Program-made: the position numbers and the translations under genes
NCBI GenBank assembly: GCA_043821645.1
Contig: JBDRCO010000108.1
Coordinates: 33,161 to 97,160, forward strand
Source: Pseudomonadota bacterium
Lineage (GTDB): Bacteria > Myxococcota > JACRCW01 > JAFGSX01
Reading direction: 5' to 3'
DNA length: 64,000 nt
Notes under the pieces: model-generated
Database searches by the model: none
Told to the model about the DNA's origin: nothing
Seen by the model: only the letters and a program-made list of their open reading frames with translations
Part shown: positions 36,101-45,382 of the stretch, piece after piece
Position numbering within the stretch: the stretch's first letter is position 1
How the letters are laid out: each line of letters begins with the position of its first letter

Positions 36101-39017
36101 CGAGGTCCGGCGCTACGCCCAGAGCCGCTATGACGAGGGCTATGATCGTGGCGTGCACGACCAGGATGCGGTCCTGATCCTGGAAAAATTGCTGAGCATG
36201 TACCAGACCGCAGGCCTGCTGCGCTTTGCACCGCGGCCTCGCGCTCTGGCCTGCCTGTACTGGGCCCACCTCGACGACCGTCAGCGGCGCGACCTGGTTG
36301 CCCGCAAGGCCCGCTCGCTCGGGCGGCTGCGCGAGGCCTTCACATCCAGTCCCGCCCACGAACAGTTCGCCAGCGCGCTCAGCGACGACATCGGCAAGCT
36401 CCTCGACTGGAACAGCCTGCCCCGCCCCGACGCCGACCTGCGTCTGGCCGGGCAGTACCTGGCTCAAGAACTGGCCAGCGACTCCCCGCGCTTCACCACC
36501 AGCGCCGAGGCCATGCGCCTGCGCGACCTCTTCGTGCAGCACCTCGAGAACCATGGTTTGCGTGCCGGCTTCGACGAGGATCTGCGGCAGCTCCAGGACG
36601 ACCTGCTCAACCGCTTCGACCTCACCCAGGCCTGGCTGGCCGCCTTCGTCGAGACCAGCGAGAGTGCGGATGTGCGCAGCATGGCGCCGGTGCTCGACGA
36701 GACCGTGGGTATCGTGCTCACCGAAGGCCGGCTCGACCGGGACCTGTCCGGCGCCCTGTCCAGCGTCGAGATCCAGGGGCTCCTTGGCCAGCATCCACGC
36801 GTCCAGAACCGCGCCATGATCCTGCGTCTGGACGAGTTCCTGAGCCGCCTCAGCGTGCACCTGCATCAGCGCGTTCCGGGCTTTCATCGCTTTCGTGAGC
36901 AGCGCACACGGGTCCTCGAGCAGGCCCGAAACAACCTGCGCCTCGACGAGTTCAGGCCACGGGTGCTGACCAGCTTCGTGCGCAATCGCCTCATCAACGA
37001 GGTCTACCTGCCCCTGACCGGCGACAACCTGGCCAAGCAGATCGGTGCCGCGGGGGACAAGAAGCGCACCGACCTGATGGGCCTGTTGCTGCTGGTGTCA
37101 CCGCCTGGCTACGGCAAGACCACGCTGATGGAGTACGTGGCCAACCGCCTGGGCCTGATCTTCATGAAGGTCAATGGACCCTCCCTGGGTGGTGAAGTCC
37201 TGAGCTTTGACCCCGAGGAAGCACCCAACGCCACCGCCCGCCAAGAAGTCGACAAGATCAACCTGGCCTTCGAGATGGGCAACAATGTGATGCTCTATCT
37301 CGACGACATCCAGCACACCAATCCGGAGCTGTTGCAGAAGTTCATCTCGCTGTGCGACGCCAGCCGCCGCGTCGAAGGTGTGTGGAAGGGCCGTACCCGA
37401 ACCTACGACCTGCGCGGCAAGAAGTTCTGTGTTGTCATGGCCGGCAATCCCTACACCGAGAGCGGTGCCAAGTTCCAGATCCCGGACATGCTGGCCAACC
37501 GCGCCGACGTCTACAACCTGGGCGACATCCTGGGCGGCAAGGAAGACGCCTTTGCCCTGAGCTACATCGAGAACGCGCTCACCTCGAACCCGGCGCTGCA
37601 ACCCCTGGCCACCCGCGACATGCAGGATCTGTACAAGCTGGTGCGCATGGCCCAGGGTGAGCCGGTGCCCACGTCGGAGCTGAGTCACAGTTACTCGGCC
37701 GTGGAGCTGGAAGAGATCCTGGCGGTCCTGCGCAAGCTGTTCGAGATCCAGAAGATCGTGCTCATGGTCAACCAGGCGTACATTGCGAGCGCCGCCACCG
37801 ACGAGAAGTTCAGGGTCGAGCCCAATTTCAAGCTCCAGGGTTCGTACCGCAACATGAACAAGATGGCCGAGAAGGTCGTCGCCGTGCTCGACGACAGCGA
37901 GCTGCAGCGGCTCATCAGCGACCACTACCAGAGCGAGGCCCAGACCCTGACCACCGGCGCCGAGCACAACCTGCTCAAGCTGGGCGCCCTGCGCGGCACG
38001 CTCAACGACGTGCAGCGTGCGCGCTGGGACGAGATCTGCAAGACCTACCGTCGCAACCAGATGGCTGGCGGAGACGCCCAGGATCCCGTGCAGCGGGTGA
38101 CCTCGACCCTGACCGGCATTGGGGGCCAGCTTGAAAACTTGCAGGAGGCCCTGGTCGAAGCCGCGCGGGGTGGCCAGAGCGCCGCCGACGCGCGCGCCAT
38201 GGATCAGCTGAAACACCTCGAGGAACCCCTGCAGCAGCTGGGTCGGGCCATGGCGCAGGTCAGCGTCGAGCAGGGGAAACAAGGCCGAGCCCAGGTCGAG
38301 GCCTTGCAGAGCGAGCTGGCGGCGCTCCGCCAGTCCATCGTCGAGGCCAGTGCCCAGGCGGCGTCGCAGACCAAGGCCCAGCAAAAGGAGCACAGCAAGC
38401 ACCTGCGCGAGGCGGTGGGCTCCCTCGGCCAGTCCCTGCGCGAGGCGGCAGGCGAATTCAGTACCCGCGATCAGGCGAGCCAGGGCAGCCAGCTGGCGCA
38501 GCTGCTCGATGAGCTGGGCCAGCTTCGCCAGACCCTTGTGTGGGCTGCACAGAATGCGGACCACCGCGCACGCACGCGGGAAGCGCAGCAGATCAAGGAC
38601 GTGCTGGGCACCCTCGATGGATTGCGAGATGCCATGACCGCGTCGGCGCAGGCCTCCCTGCGCGTTCAGGGAACCCTGGCCAGCAGCGGTCAGGCCCAGG
38701 CACAGGCCCTGCTGCAAGGTCTGCAGCAGCTCTCCCAGGTGCAGGCCGTACCCGGAACGATGGCCGGGGCCGTGCCTGCTCCCGTCGACGGTGTGGACCC
38801 CCTGCTCCAGGTCCTGCACCACCAGTCCGCCCTGCTCGAGGGGACACTGGTCCCCATGGTCAAGGCTCTGGCCGCCGGGCTGCGCATGGATCGCAGCACC
38901 ACCGGTAAGCTCGACGAGGCCCTGGCCGTGCTCAAGGACCTCGAGGAGAAGGCAGCCAAGGGTGGACTGCGAGGTGGGCTCTACTACGGCCCACTCGGTA
39001 CCCGAATACGAAGATGA
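33174..39017 (+). CDS. Giant (1947 aa) AAA+ ATPase (AAA_5/MoxR-McrB-like core) with an N-terminal beta-rich domain and long coiled-coil regions; flotillin-associated
   Basis: Walker A 'LLLVSPPGYGKTTLMEY', Walker B 'VMLYLDDIQH', sensor-1 'CVVMAGNPYTESG' (the ATxNP pattern of the AAA_5 family). Gln/Ala-rich coiled-coil at the C-terminus. Same strand, 52 bp after the flotillin gene. Confidence 0.7.
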   Translation: MRPAMSDEKLTPGQGESQAEAASGAVVEGGAYDIIRARLDTLGATLGEKADALNRKRIEVFGGTEMVVLGQERIRTENNCIPRDIVPLGDRILLGYNVYLGLKRETAVADVFSVRRFKGGGEAFSFDEVPPDQEPFLSDSHFLKDFNELYTYYKDTRLTQLRVINQKLLAIFQTSESIKDLKVLRWALDTDGSVTYIDNRGDHDNVYPPSHDFEWVATTRENFVLGTHPHVNILDQVFVETVGGDLTVKVEDNTGDGQGIYRETVDDADQSLDDGQIHYAALGTLILLKVLPYREDTWRYLVFNTRTQDVQRIDAIGEACVQLPEDHGIIFPGGYYLQDGETKRFDVAPEGLEFKRVVRSPNGEDVLYVFYQRAQGRHVLFAYNLIRKEVAPPIVCNGVSVFDDGTMVVFRAEAEPTRVHAMSIWRTPFMSDVHAVRVSAESAHAGSMLVKIGNAELVRGISEVGSLRRAISNQSPTLVQYEDLIAATRRLLDNYHWLNQTEVGDLKSTLGEVLKNAELIIDEFEKVLTIQRAAAEALRQAQDAQRALLDEIRPDLWETVDHFVDAMARLRTQRGRLITLREMRYMNLERVAELETQVADQFAHLSDQAVTFLLRDDALKPYRLKHDQVMRDIEAMAQAHQAAPITEALDGMATGLDLLSEVVGGLKIDDPNQRTRILEEVSEIFALVNRARAVLTGRRKELLSVEGVAEFGAQFKLFNQSVQSALAVADTPEKCDELLSRLLVQLEDLEGRFGEFDQFLADLTQKRDEVYEALNGRKQTLLDERQRRAQALLSAADRILQGVARRAQSFKLLDELNAYYAADAMVLKVRDIADQLSALGDTVKADELVSRLKSSRDSAARQLRDKTELFAEGDNLIRMGKHHFTVNTQPLDLTLLPREGHLELHLTGTDYHERVDDEALDALRTYWDQTLVSETPEVYRAEHLAASLLFDADQGRESLSVLGLREASTREGGLLDEVRRYAQSRYDEGYDRGVHDQDAVLILEKLLSMYQTAGLLRFAPRPRALACLYWAHLDDRQRRDLVARKARSLGRLREAFTSSPAHEQFASALSDDIGKLLDWNSLPRPDADLRLAGQYLAQELASDSPRFTTSAEAMRLRDLFVQHLENHGLRAGFDEDLRQLQDDLLNRFDLTQAWLAAFVETSESADVRSMAPVLDETVGIVLTEGRLDRDLSGALSSVEIQGLLGQHPRVQNRAMILRLDEFLSRLSVHLHQRVPGFHRFREQRTRVLEQARNNLRLDEFRPRVLTSFVRNRLINEVYLPLTGDNLAKQIGAAGDKKRTDLMGLLLLVSPPGYGKTTLMEYVANRLGLIFMKVNGPSLGGEVLSFDPEEAPNATARQEVDKINLAFEMGNNVMLYLDDIQHTNPELLQKFISLCDASRRVEGVWKGRTRTYDLRGKKFCVVMAGNPYTESGAKFQIPDMLANRADVYNLGDILGGKEDAFALSYIENALTSNPALQPLATRDMQDLYKLVRMAQGEPVPTSELSHSYSAVELEEILAVLRKLFEIQKIVLMVNQAYIASAATDEKFRVEPNFKLQGSYRNMNKMAEKVVAVLDDSELQRLISDHYQSEAQTLTTGAEHNLLKLGALRGTLNDVQRARWDEICKTYRRNQMAGGDAQDPVQRVTSTLTGIGGQLENLQEALVEAARGGQSAADARAMDQLKHLEEPLQQLGRAMAQVSVEQGKQGRAQVEALQSELAALRQSIVEASAQAASQTKAQQKEHSKHLREAVGSLGQSLREAAGEFSTRDQASQGSQLAQLLDELGQLRQTLVWAAQNADHRARTREAQQIKDVLGTLDGLRDAMTASAQASLRVQGTLASSGQAQAQALLQGLQQLSQVQAVPGTMAGAVPAPVDGVDPLLQVLHHQSALLEGTLVPMVKALAAGLRMDRSTTGKLDEALAVLKDLEEKAAKGGLRGGLYYGPLGTRIRR

Positions 39018-39051
39018 CCTCGTCCGCAGCGACAGCAGCGGCCTTGCACTC

Positions 39052-40695
39052 TCAGCGACGAGGCTCCGGCTCCTGAGTTCTCGCACATCGGAGCTCGCAC
39101 GCAGAACAGGTCGCGAGATCGCAGGGCGGCGTGATCGTGCCCTGAAGGGCGCGCCGGCGTTCCCGCAGGAGGAAGGCGCGTCCCACGCCATGATCCACCT
39201 GCTGCCAGGGCAGGATGCTGTCCTCGGCAAAGCCGCCGAGCGTCTGCGCGGTGACTTCGGGATGCTCCAGCAAGATCTCGAGCAGATCGCGTCCACTGCT
39301 GACCGCCTGAACAAGCAGCGGACCGAGCCGTCTATCGCCCCGGGACAGGATCGCCTGCTCCCGGGCCTGGTTGGCACTGTCGATCCGCAACTCCAGGTTG
39401 TCGACCCTGTCGAGTCGCTTGCGGAGCAGGCGTGCGCGCCGGCGCAAGATCCTGTCGTCGATGAAGGGCTCCCACTGGAAGGGTGTGGCCGGCTTGGGCA
39501 CGAAGGGGGTTACGCTCAGGGTCAGGCGCCCGACCCGGCCATGCTGCCTGGCTCCTTCAAGCAAGTGCTGGCGACAGGCCAGGGCCAGGTCCGCGATGGC
39601 CTCGACATCGCTGTCTTGTTCACCCGGGAGCCCCAGCAGGAAATACAGGCGGATGCTCTCGATGCCAGCGGCGGCCAGCCTGTCGACGGCGAGCAACAGC
39701 GCCGCATCGTCGATCTGCTTGTTGATGCTGTATCGAAGTCGCTCACTGCCTGCCTCGGGCGCCAGGGTCGCCGTCTTCTTGCCGCTCCAGGCGAGAGCCC
39801 GTGCCAGCTCCTCGTCGACGGCAGTGGCACGCAGGGCGCTCGGCGTCAGGGTGGCACCCGCTTGGTGGATGCGCGCTGCCAGCTCGCGCAGCGACGAATG
39901 GTCACCGAGATCGGCGCCGACCAGACCGACCCGCGGGCGCAAGGCCAGTGCTTGCTGCACATCCTCCCACAGGGGTTCGAGCGCGCGCTCGCGATAGGGA
40001 CGCTGAACAAAACCCGCGGCACAGAAACGACAACCCCACAGGCAACCTCGCGTGGCCTCGACCACGGCGCAGCCGGCAAAGATCTCCTCGTCACTGACCA
40101 GCGGCCCCGGCCCCGATTCCAGCGTCTTGATCCAGCGCCGCGGCACGAGGGCGGGCACCCGCGCTCCCCACAGATCCTGGATGCTCTCGACGCTGCCGTC
40201 CTCGCCGAACTCGAATCCATAGCGCGCGGGCAGGTAGACCCCGGCAATCTCCGACGCGGCCTCGAGCAAGGCTGTCCTGTCGGCCCCGGACCGTAGCAGC
40301 GGAAACAGCTGCTGCGCGAGTTCCGGAAGCAGTCCCTCGGCATCGCCGATGGCGAGGAGATCCGCGATCTCCGCCAGGGGCTCGGGGTTGAGGGTCGGTG
40401 CCATGCCGCCGACGAGCACAAGAGGGCCGAGCGTGCGCCGGCGTGCCAGGGGCTCGACCTCACCATCGACCAGGAGCTTCACCAGGTTCTGATAATCACC
40501 CTCGAAAGGCACGCTGGCCACGACCAGGTCCTGCTGCCTCAACAAGCGGCCGGGAGTTCGCTCCCGGGTCAGGAAGTGCTCGGTGACCAGACAGTCCGAT
40601 TCCGCCTCGAGCAGACTCCGCACCAGCGCAAAACCCAGATTGGTATGGCCCACCGCGGGGCGGTTGGCATAGCACAGGGCGATGCGCAGTGACAT
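39052..40695 (-). CDS. B12-binding-like domain / radical SAM protein
   Basis: CX3CX2C radical-SAM motif 'ATRGCLWGCRFCAAG'. The N-terminal ~130 aa resemble the B12-binding/Rossmann-like domain of class B-like rSAM enzymes. Confidence 0.65.
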   Translation of the reverse strand: MSLRIALCYANRPAVGHTNLGFALVRSLLEAESDCLVTEHFLTRERTPGRLLRQQDLVVASVPFEGDYQNLVKLLVDGEVEPLARRRTLGPLVLVGGMAPTLNPEPLAEIADLLAIGDAEGLLPELAQQLFPLLRSGADRTALLEAASEIAGVYLPARYGFEFGEDGSVESIQDLWGARVPALVPRRWIKTLESGPGPLVSDEEIFAGCAVVEATRGCLWGCRFCAAGFVQRPYRERALEPLWEDVQQALALRPRVGLVGADLGDHSSLRELAARIHQAGATLTPSALRATAVDEELARALAWSGKKTATLAPEAGSERLRYSINKQIDDAALLLAVDRLAAAGIESIRLYFLLGLPGEQDSDVEAIADLALACRQHLLEGARQHGRVGRLTLSVTPFVPKPATPFQWEPFIDDRILRRRARLLRKRLDRVDNLELRIDSANQAREQAILSRGDRRLGPLLVQAVSSGRDLLEILLEHPEVTAQTLGGFAEDSILPWQQVDHGVGRAFLLRERRRALQGTITPPCDLATCSACELRCARTQEPEPRR

Positions 40696-40710
40696 TGACG
40701 AGGTCCTGCG

Positions 40711-41547
40711 TCAGGCGCCGGGCTCGCCGTAGAATTCGGCGGCCAGCGGTCGGGTGACAGCCAGGAGCTCGTCGACGAAGGCGGCGGGACAGGCCAGGAT
40801 GCCTCGGGGATGGGTCAGGGTTTCGACGTAGTCCAGGGGCTTTCCGAACAGGTCCACCATGACGCCCCCTGCGGCAGCCAGTACCGCGGCCGGGCCGCAG
40901 GTATCCCACAGCTTCACCTTGCCCGTGGCTGCCAGGTACAGATCGCTCTCCCCCGTCGACACGCTGGCGATCTTGAGGCCCACGCTGCCGCGCGGCACCT
41001 GTTGCACAGCAGGCAGGTTCTGGCAGATGCGGTCGACCTTGCTGCTGGGGTGGGAGCGGCTCACCGCGACGTGCCAGGCCCCGCGGGTATGCGCGGTGGC
41101 GACGGCGAGATCCAGCACCTCATGGCCACGCCAGATCCGCGCGCCAAGCTCCACTGCGCCGAGGAGGAGCAGTTCCTGCGCCGGCGCAAACACGGCACCC
41201 ACCGTGGGCACACCGTCAACGCACAGGCCGACCATGACCGCGAACTCCGGCACACCGGTGACGTACTCCTGGGTACCGTCGATGGGGTCTATCATCCACA
41301 CCCGCGAGGCGGTGTGCCAGGCGCCATCGTCGGTGCTCTCCTCGGTGAGCAGGGCGTCACCGGGAAAAGCGGCATGCAGTCTGTCGCGCAGCAGGGCATC
41401 GCAGGCCCGGTCATACTGCGAGACCGGACCTTCACCGCGAGGCTTGTGCTCGATCTCGAGCACGCTCCCGAAACCTTGCAGGGCCAGGGCGCCAGCCTCC
41501 CGAACCGCCGCCTGCACCACCTCCAGTTCACGTGTCCACGACGTCAT
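40711..41547 (-). CDS. Inositol-monophosphatase family phosphatase (CysQ / 3'(2'),5'-bisphosphate nucleotidase-like)
   Basis: IMPase motifs 'WMIDPIDGT', 'EE...D' metal ligands and a 'WD(T)' region. Confidence 0.7.
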   Translation of the reverse strand: MTSWTRELEVVQAAVREAGALALQGFGSVLEIEHKPRGEGPVSQYDRACDALLRDRLHAAFPGDALLTEESTDDGAWHTASRVWMIDPIDGTQEYVTGVPEFAVMVGLCVDGVPTVGAVFAPAQELLLLGAVELGARIWRGHEVLDLAVATAHTRGAWHVAVSRSHPSSKVDRICQNLPAVQQVPRGSVGLKIASVSTGESDLYLAATGKVKLWDTCGPAAVLAAAGGVMVDLFGKPLDYVETLTHPRGILACPAAFVDELLAVTRPLAAEFYGEPGA

Positions 41548-41616
41548 CGAGAGTGCCTGCTCCGGACAGCGTCGGGAGTCCTTGTCGCAGTGGCATGAGG
41601 TAGACGCATCTGTGGG

Positions 41617-42246
41617 TCACGCCTCGAGAAAACTGGACACCTGGTCCAGGAACTTCTCTCGACCCTCGCCAGCACGAATATCCACGTCGGTGACGTCAAA
41701 GTTGAGCACATCGAGCTTGTACTTGTTGCGGCAGACCTTAGGGAAGGTCGAGTAGTAGGCATTGAGACCAGCCAGGAACTCGCCATCGATGCCCTGCTCC
41801 TCGACACGGCCGCGCACGTGAATGCGTTCGAGCAACACCTTGCAGTCAGGCACGCCCAGGAAGATCACCTTGTCCGGCTGCTTGAGGTCGCGGTTCAAGC
41901 GATTGAAATAGTCGAAGTACAGGTCGAGTTCCTTGTCGTTCATGTTGCCCAGGCCGTGCAGGTACTTGGCAAAGACCTCGGGGTCCTCGATCAGGGTACG
42001 GTCCTGGATGCAGCTCTTGGGCACGGTGGCGATCAGCTCGTGGTGCTGGGTGCGCTTGATCAGGAACTCGAGCTGTAAGGTGAAGGACCAGCGCTGCATG
42101 TCCGCGTAGTAGTCCTTGAGAAAGCGGTTATCGACCACGGGTTCGTCAAACAGCTCGAAGCCAAACTTCTGGCTCACCATCTTGGCGGCCGTGGTCTTGC
42201 CGCAGCCGATGTTTCCAGCCATGGCCACAAAGAGCTTCTTCTTCAT
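41617..42246 (-). CDS. Deoxynucleoside kinase (dAK/dGK/dCK family)
   Basis: P-loop 'VAMAGNIGCGKTT'. Conserved dNK 'ERS/DR' block 'QDRTLIEDPEVFA' and a LID region 'RIHVRGRVEEQ'. Local GC is visibly lower than the neighbouring genes. Confidence 0.7.
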   Translation of the reverse strand: MKKKLFVAMAGNIGCGKTTAAKMVSQKFGFELFDEPVVDNRFLKDYYADMQRWSFTLQLEFLIKRTQHHELIATVPKSCIQDRTLIEDPEVFAKYLHGLGNMNDKELDLYFDYFNRLNRDLKQPDKVIFLGVPDCKVLLERIHVRGRVEEQGIDGEFLAGLNAYYSTFPKVCRNKYKLDVLNFDVTDVDIRAGEGREKFLDQVSSFLEA

Positions 42247-42326
42247 GTCTTTTCTCTCCCGCGCGCGGGCTTTGACGCGTGCGTGCTTGTACGGTACCTC
42301 AGGCTCGATCACAAGCGGAGGACGTC

Positions 42327-43385
42327 GTGAAAGCAGCCGCCATCACCAGCCATGGAGGCCTGGACCGCCTGACCATCGTCGACCTTCCCGAGCCCGTCCC
42401 TGGTCCCGGTCAGGTGCGCCTGCGGGTGCACGCCGCAGCTCTCAACCACCTGGATCTGTGGGTGCGGCGCGGCCTGCCCGGGCTGACGCTCCCCATGCCC
42501 CACGTCATCGCATCGGATGTGGCCGCCGTGGTGGAGAGCTGGGGCGAGGGTGTGAACAGTTTCAAGACCGGTCAGGCGGTCGTGGTGTCCCCAGGTTTTG
42601 GCTGCGGAGGCTGTGCGGCATGTCTTGGTGGCGACGAGAGCCTGTGCCGCAGCTACCACATCTACGGCGAGAGCGTGCCAGGCCTGATGGCGGCGCAGGT
42701 GGTGGTGCCTGCCCTGCATGTACTGCCCATGCCCGGTGGCCTGACCTTTGGCGAGGCTGCGGCCTTACCCCTGACCTTCATGACGGCTTGGCGCATGGTG
42801 ATGAACCGAGGAGGCCTGCGGCCCGCGGACACCGTGCTGGTCCTGGCCGCCGCCTCCGGGGTGGGCACCGCGGCGCTGCAGATCGCCAGGGTCGCCGGCG
42901 CGCGCGTGATCGCGGGTGCGTCCAGCGAACCCAAGCGTGCCCTGGCGCGGTCCCTGGGTGCCGACGAGGTCGTTGACACCTCGACGACGGACTGGCGCAA
43001 GCAGGTCAAGGCCGTCACCGGCCGTCGGGGCGTGGACCTCGTGGTCGAGCACGTGGGAGGCAGGACCTTCGAGGCTGCGATGGCCTGCCTGGCCCCAGGC
43101 GGACGCCTGGTGACCTGCGGCGCCACCACCGGGGCCGAGGCCCAGCTCAACCTGCGCCACGTGTTCTTCAAGCAGCTCTCCGTCGTGGGGAGCACCATGG
43201 GCACACGCGCGGACCTGACCCGCGCCCTGGACCTGGTGGGTCAGGGCCGACTCCGACCCGTCGTGCACGGAGTGTTCCCTCTCGCGCAGATCCAGCAGGC
43301 GCAGCAGGTTCTGGAGGACAGACAGGCCCTGGGCAAGGTCGTCCTCGACGTCAGCGGCCAGGCCAGCGAGCGGCCATCGTCGTGA
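42327..43385 (+). CDS. Medium-chain (zinc-type) dehydrogenase/quinone oxidoreductase family protein
   Basis: GroES-like N-domain, 'GFGCGGCAACLGG' structural-zinc Cys cluster, Rossmann 'VLAAASGVGTAA'. GTG start assumed. Confidence 0.75.
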   Translation: MKAAAITSHGGLDRLTIVDLPEPVPGPGQVRLRVHAAALNHLDLWVRRGLPGLTLPMPHVIASDVAAVVESWGEGVNSFKTGQAVVVSPGFGCGGCAACLGGDESLCRSYHIYGESVPGLMAAQVVVPALHVLPMPGGLTFGEAAALPLTFMTAWRMVMNRGGLRPADTVLVLAAASGVGTAALQIARVAGARVIAGASSEPKRALARSLGADEVVDTSTTDWRKQVKAVTGRRGVDLVVEHVGGRTFEAAMACLAPGGRLVTCGATTGAEAQLNLRHVFFKQLSVVGSTMGTRADLTRALDLVGQGRLRPVVHGVFPLAQIQQAQQVLEDRQALGKVVLDVSGQASERPSS

Positions 43386-44140
43386 GCTCCTCCAACTCCG
43401 TGCAGCCCGGCCAGGTGCGCGCCGTGTTCCTGGACGCGGCCAACACCCTGCTCAGGGCTACCCCGCCCGTGTCCCAGCGCTATGCCGCCACTGCAGCCGC
43501 CTTCGGCGTCACCGTGGATGCCCGTTCCATCACGGCAGCCTTCCGCGCGCTGTGGCCAACCCAGCGCGAGAAACGTAGCCGCTTGCTGCATCAGGCCAGC
43601 GAGGAGGCGACCTTTGGCTTCTGGTTCGATGTGATCACCCAGATCTTCGCGCCCTGGCACGAGCAGTTCACGGACTTCGAGGCCTTCGCCCGGAAGCTCT
43701 ACCTGGATTTCGCAGACCCATCGGCCTGGGCGCTGTTCGATGATGTCCGGCCCTGCATCGACGCTCTGCGCGACCGCGGTCTCACGCTGGCCCTGGTGTC
43801 CAACTGGGACATGCACCTGCGGCCCATCCTCCAGGGTCTGGACCTCGCACGCTGCTTCGACCACCTGAGCATTTCGGCCGAACTCGGCGTCGAGAAGCCC
43901 AACCCCGCGATCTTCAACGACGCGCTGCAGGCGCTGGCCCTCGAGCCCGGACAGGTCCTGCACATCGGTGACACCTACAGCGAGGACATCGTGGGGGCGC
44001 GGGCGGCGGGCTTGTGGGCTGTCCATCTGAAGCGAAGCAGCTCCTCCTTGGGTGGGCCGGTGCCGCAGTTCACCGATGGTGTGGCCACCCTGTGTTCCCT
44101 GGCACAGGTCGAGGTTCTCCTAGACCGTCGACAGAACTGA
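43382..44140 (+). CDS. HAD-superfamily hydrolase (subfamily IA-like)
   Basis: Motif I 'VFLDAANTL' (DxxxT variant), motif III/IV region 'LHIGDTYSEDIVGARAAG'. Confidence 0.6.
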   Translation: MSSSNSVQPGQVRAVFLDAANTLLRATPPVSQRYAATAAAFGVTVDARSITAAFRALWPTQREKRSRLLHQASEEATFGFWFDVITQIFAPWHEQFTDFEAFARKLYLDFADPSAWALFDDVRPCIDALRDRGLTLALVSNWDMHLRPILQGLDLARCFDHLSISAELGVEKPNPAIFNDALQALALEPGQVLHIGDTYSEDIVGARAAGLWAVHLKRSSSSLGGPVPQFTDGVATLCSLAQVEVLLDRRQN

Positions 44141-44279
44141 CACACCGCCTCAATGATGGGGTGAGAGCGAGATCGCTTCTGTCCCCCGCGATGACCTGAG
44201 TGATGCCGCCGCACAACACTGGTCTCCCGGGGGCCCTTTACGAACCCTGCTCTCGCTGCCTACACTGCTCGCCACACCA

Positions 44280-45350
44280 TTGCTCGGGACTGATAGCATG
44301 TATTCTCGTGTTGCCCCCCTTGTCGGCCTGACTCTTCTCCTTGGCTGCGGCCAGCCCGCCTACGAGATCCCGGACGGATCTGGTGGACGCAGCGACGCCG
44401 CTCCACGCGATCTGAACAGCGGCAGTGACGCCGAGAACCTCGATGCGGGGCCCCTCGCGGACTCGGCCGGCACCCCGGACGCTGCGCCCGGCCAGGACAG
44501 CGTGCCGGCGGGTTGTGACGACGACCGGGACACTTTCCTCGACACCAGTTGTGGAGGCCTGGACTGCGACGACGACGACCCCGCCGTGCACCCAGGCGCT
44601 GACGAGCTGTGCTCCTTTGTCGACGAGAACTGCATCAATGGAAACAACGAGGGTCTGGACTGCACCTTCGTCGCGGCGGGTGGGACGAACGGCGCCACCC
44701 TGTACAAGATCGATCCCTTCGCGGGTACCGCCAGCCACTGGGTCGACGTCACCCTGGCCAATCCCAACCGCGGCATCCTGGACATCGACATCGATATCAA
44801 CAACCGCTTGCTGGCGGTCACCGGTGAGGGCCTGTACACGGTCAGCAGCGCAGGGCAGATGACGCTGCTCACCCAGGTTGCCACGCCGGAGCGCACCAAT
44901 GGCATGGCCATCGATAGCAGCAACACGATCTTCCTCACCAACAGTCCCACCACCAGCGGTGTGCAGGCGACAGCCCAGACTGTCGATTCGCTGACCGGTC
45001 AACTCACCCTGCTGGGCAACCTCTCACCTTACGTGTCGTCTGGTGATTGCGTGACGCTCAAGGATGACAGCCTGCTCATGACGGCCCCCGACCCCGACGT
45101 GGCCTACAACCCGCAAGATCCCGAAGCACGCAAGGATCTGCTGGTCTACGTGGACTCGCGCAGCGCCGCCACGCGGTTGCTCGGAACCACCGGCTTTGCC
45201 AAGGTCTACGGTCTCAGCGCCAGCTTCGGCTTCCTCTTCGGCGTCACCGACTTTGGCAAGGTGCTGCAGGTCAATGCTGAGACCGGTCAGGGCACGCTGC
45301 TGTTCGAGGTCCAGGGCGAGCGCTTCTGGGGTGCGGCCAACGGCGATTGA
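44280..45350 (+). CDS. Lipoprotein with an N-terminal MopE-like 'putative metal-binding' Cys/Asp motif
   Basis: Lipobox 'LTLLLGCG'. The 'CDDDRDTF..SCGGLDCDDDDPAVHPGADELCSFVDENC' motif is typical of Myxococcota secreted proteins. Confidence 0.45.
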   Translation: MLGTDSMYSRVAPLVGLTLLLGCGQPAYEIPDGSGGRSDAAPRDLNSGSDAENLDAGPLADSAGTPDAAPGQDSVPAGCDDDRDTFLDTSCGGLDCDDDDPAVHPGADELCSFVDENCINGNNEGLDCTFVAAGGTNGATLYKIDPFAGTASHWVDVTLANPNRGILDIDIDINNRLLAVTGEGLYTVSSAGQMTLLTQVATPERTNGMAIDSSNTIFLTNSPTTSGVQATAQTVDSLTGQLTLLGNLSPYVSSGDCVTLKDDSLLMTAPDPDVAYNPQDPEARKDLLVYVDSRSAATRLLGTTGFAKVYGLSASFGFLFGVTDFGKVLQVNAETGQGTLLFEVQGERFWGAANGD

Positions 45351-45382
45351 GCAGTGCCCTGGGTCTGGGGCAGGTCTGGCCT

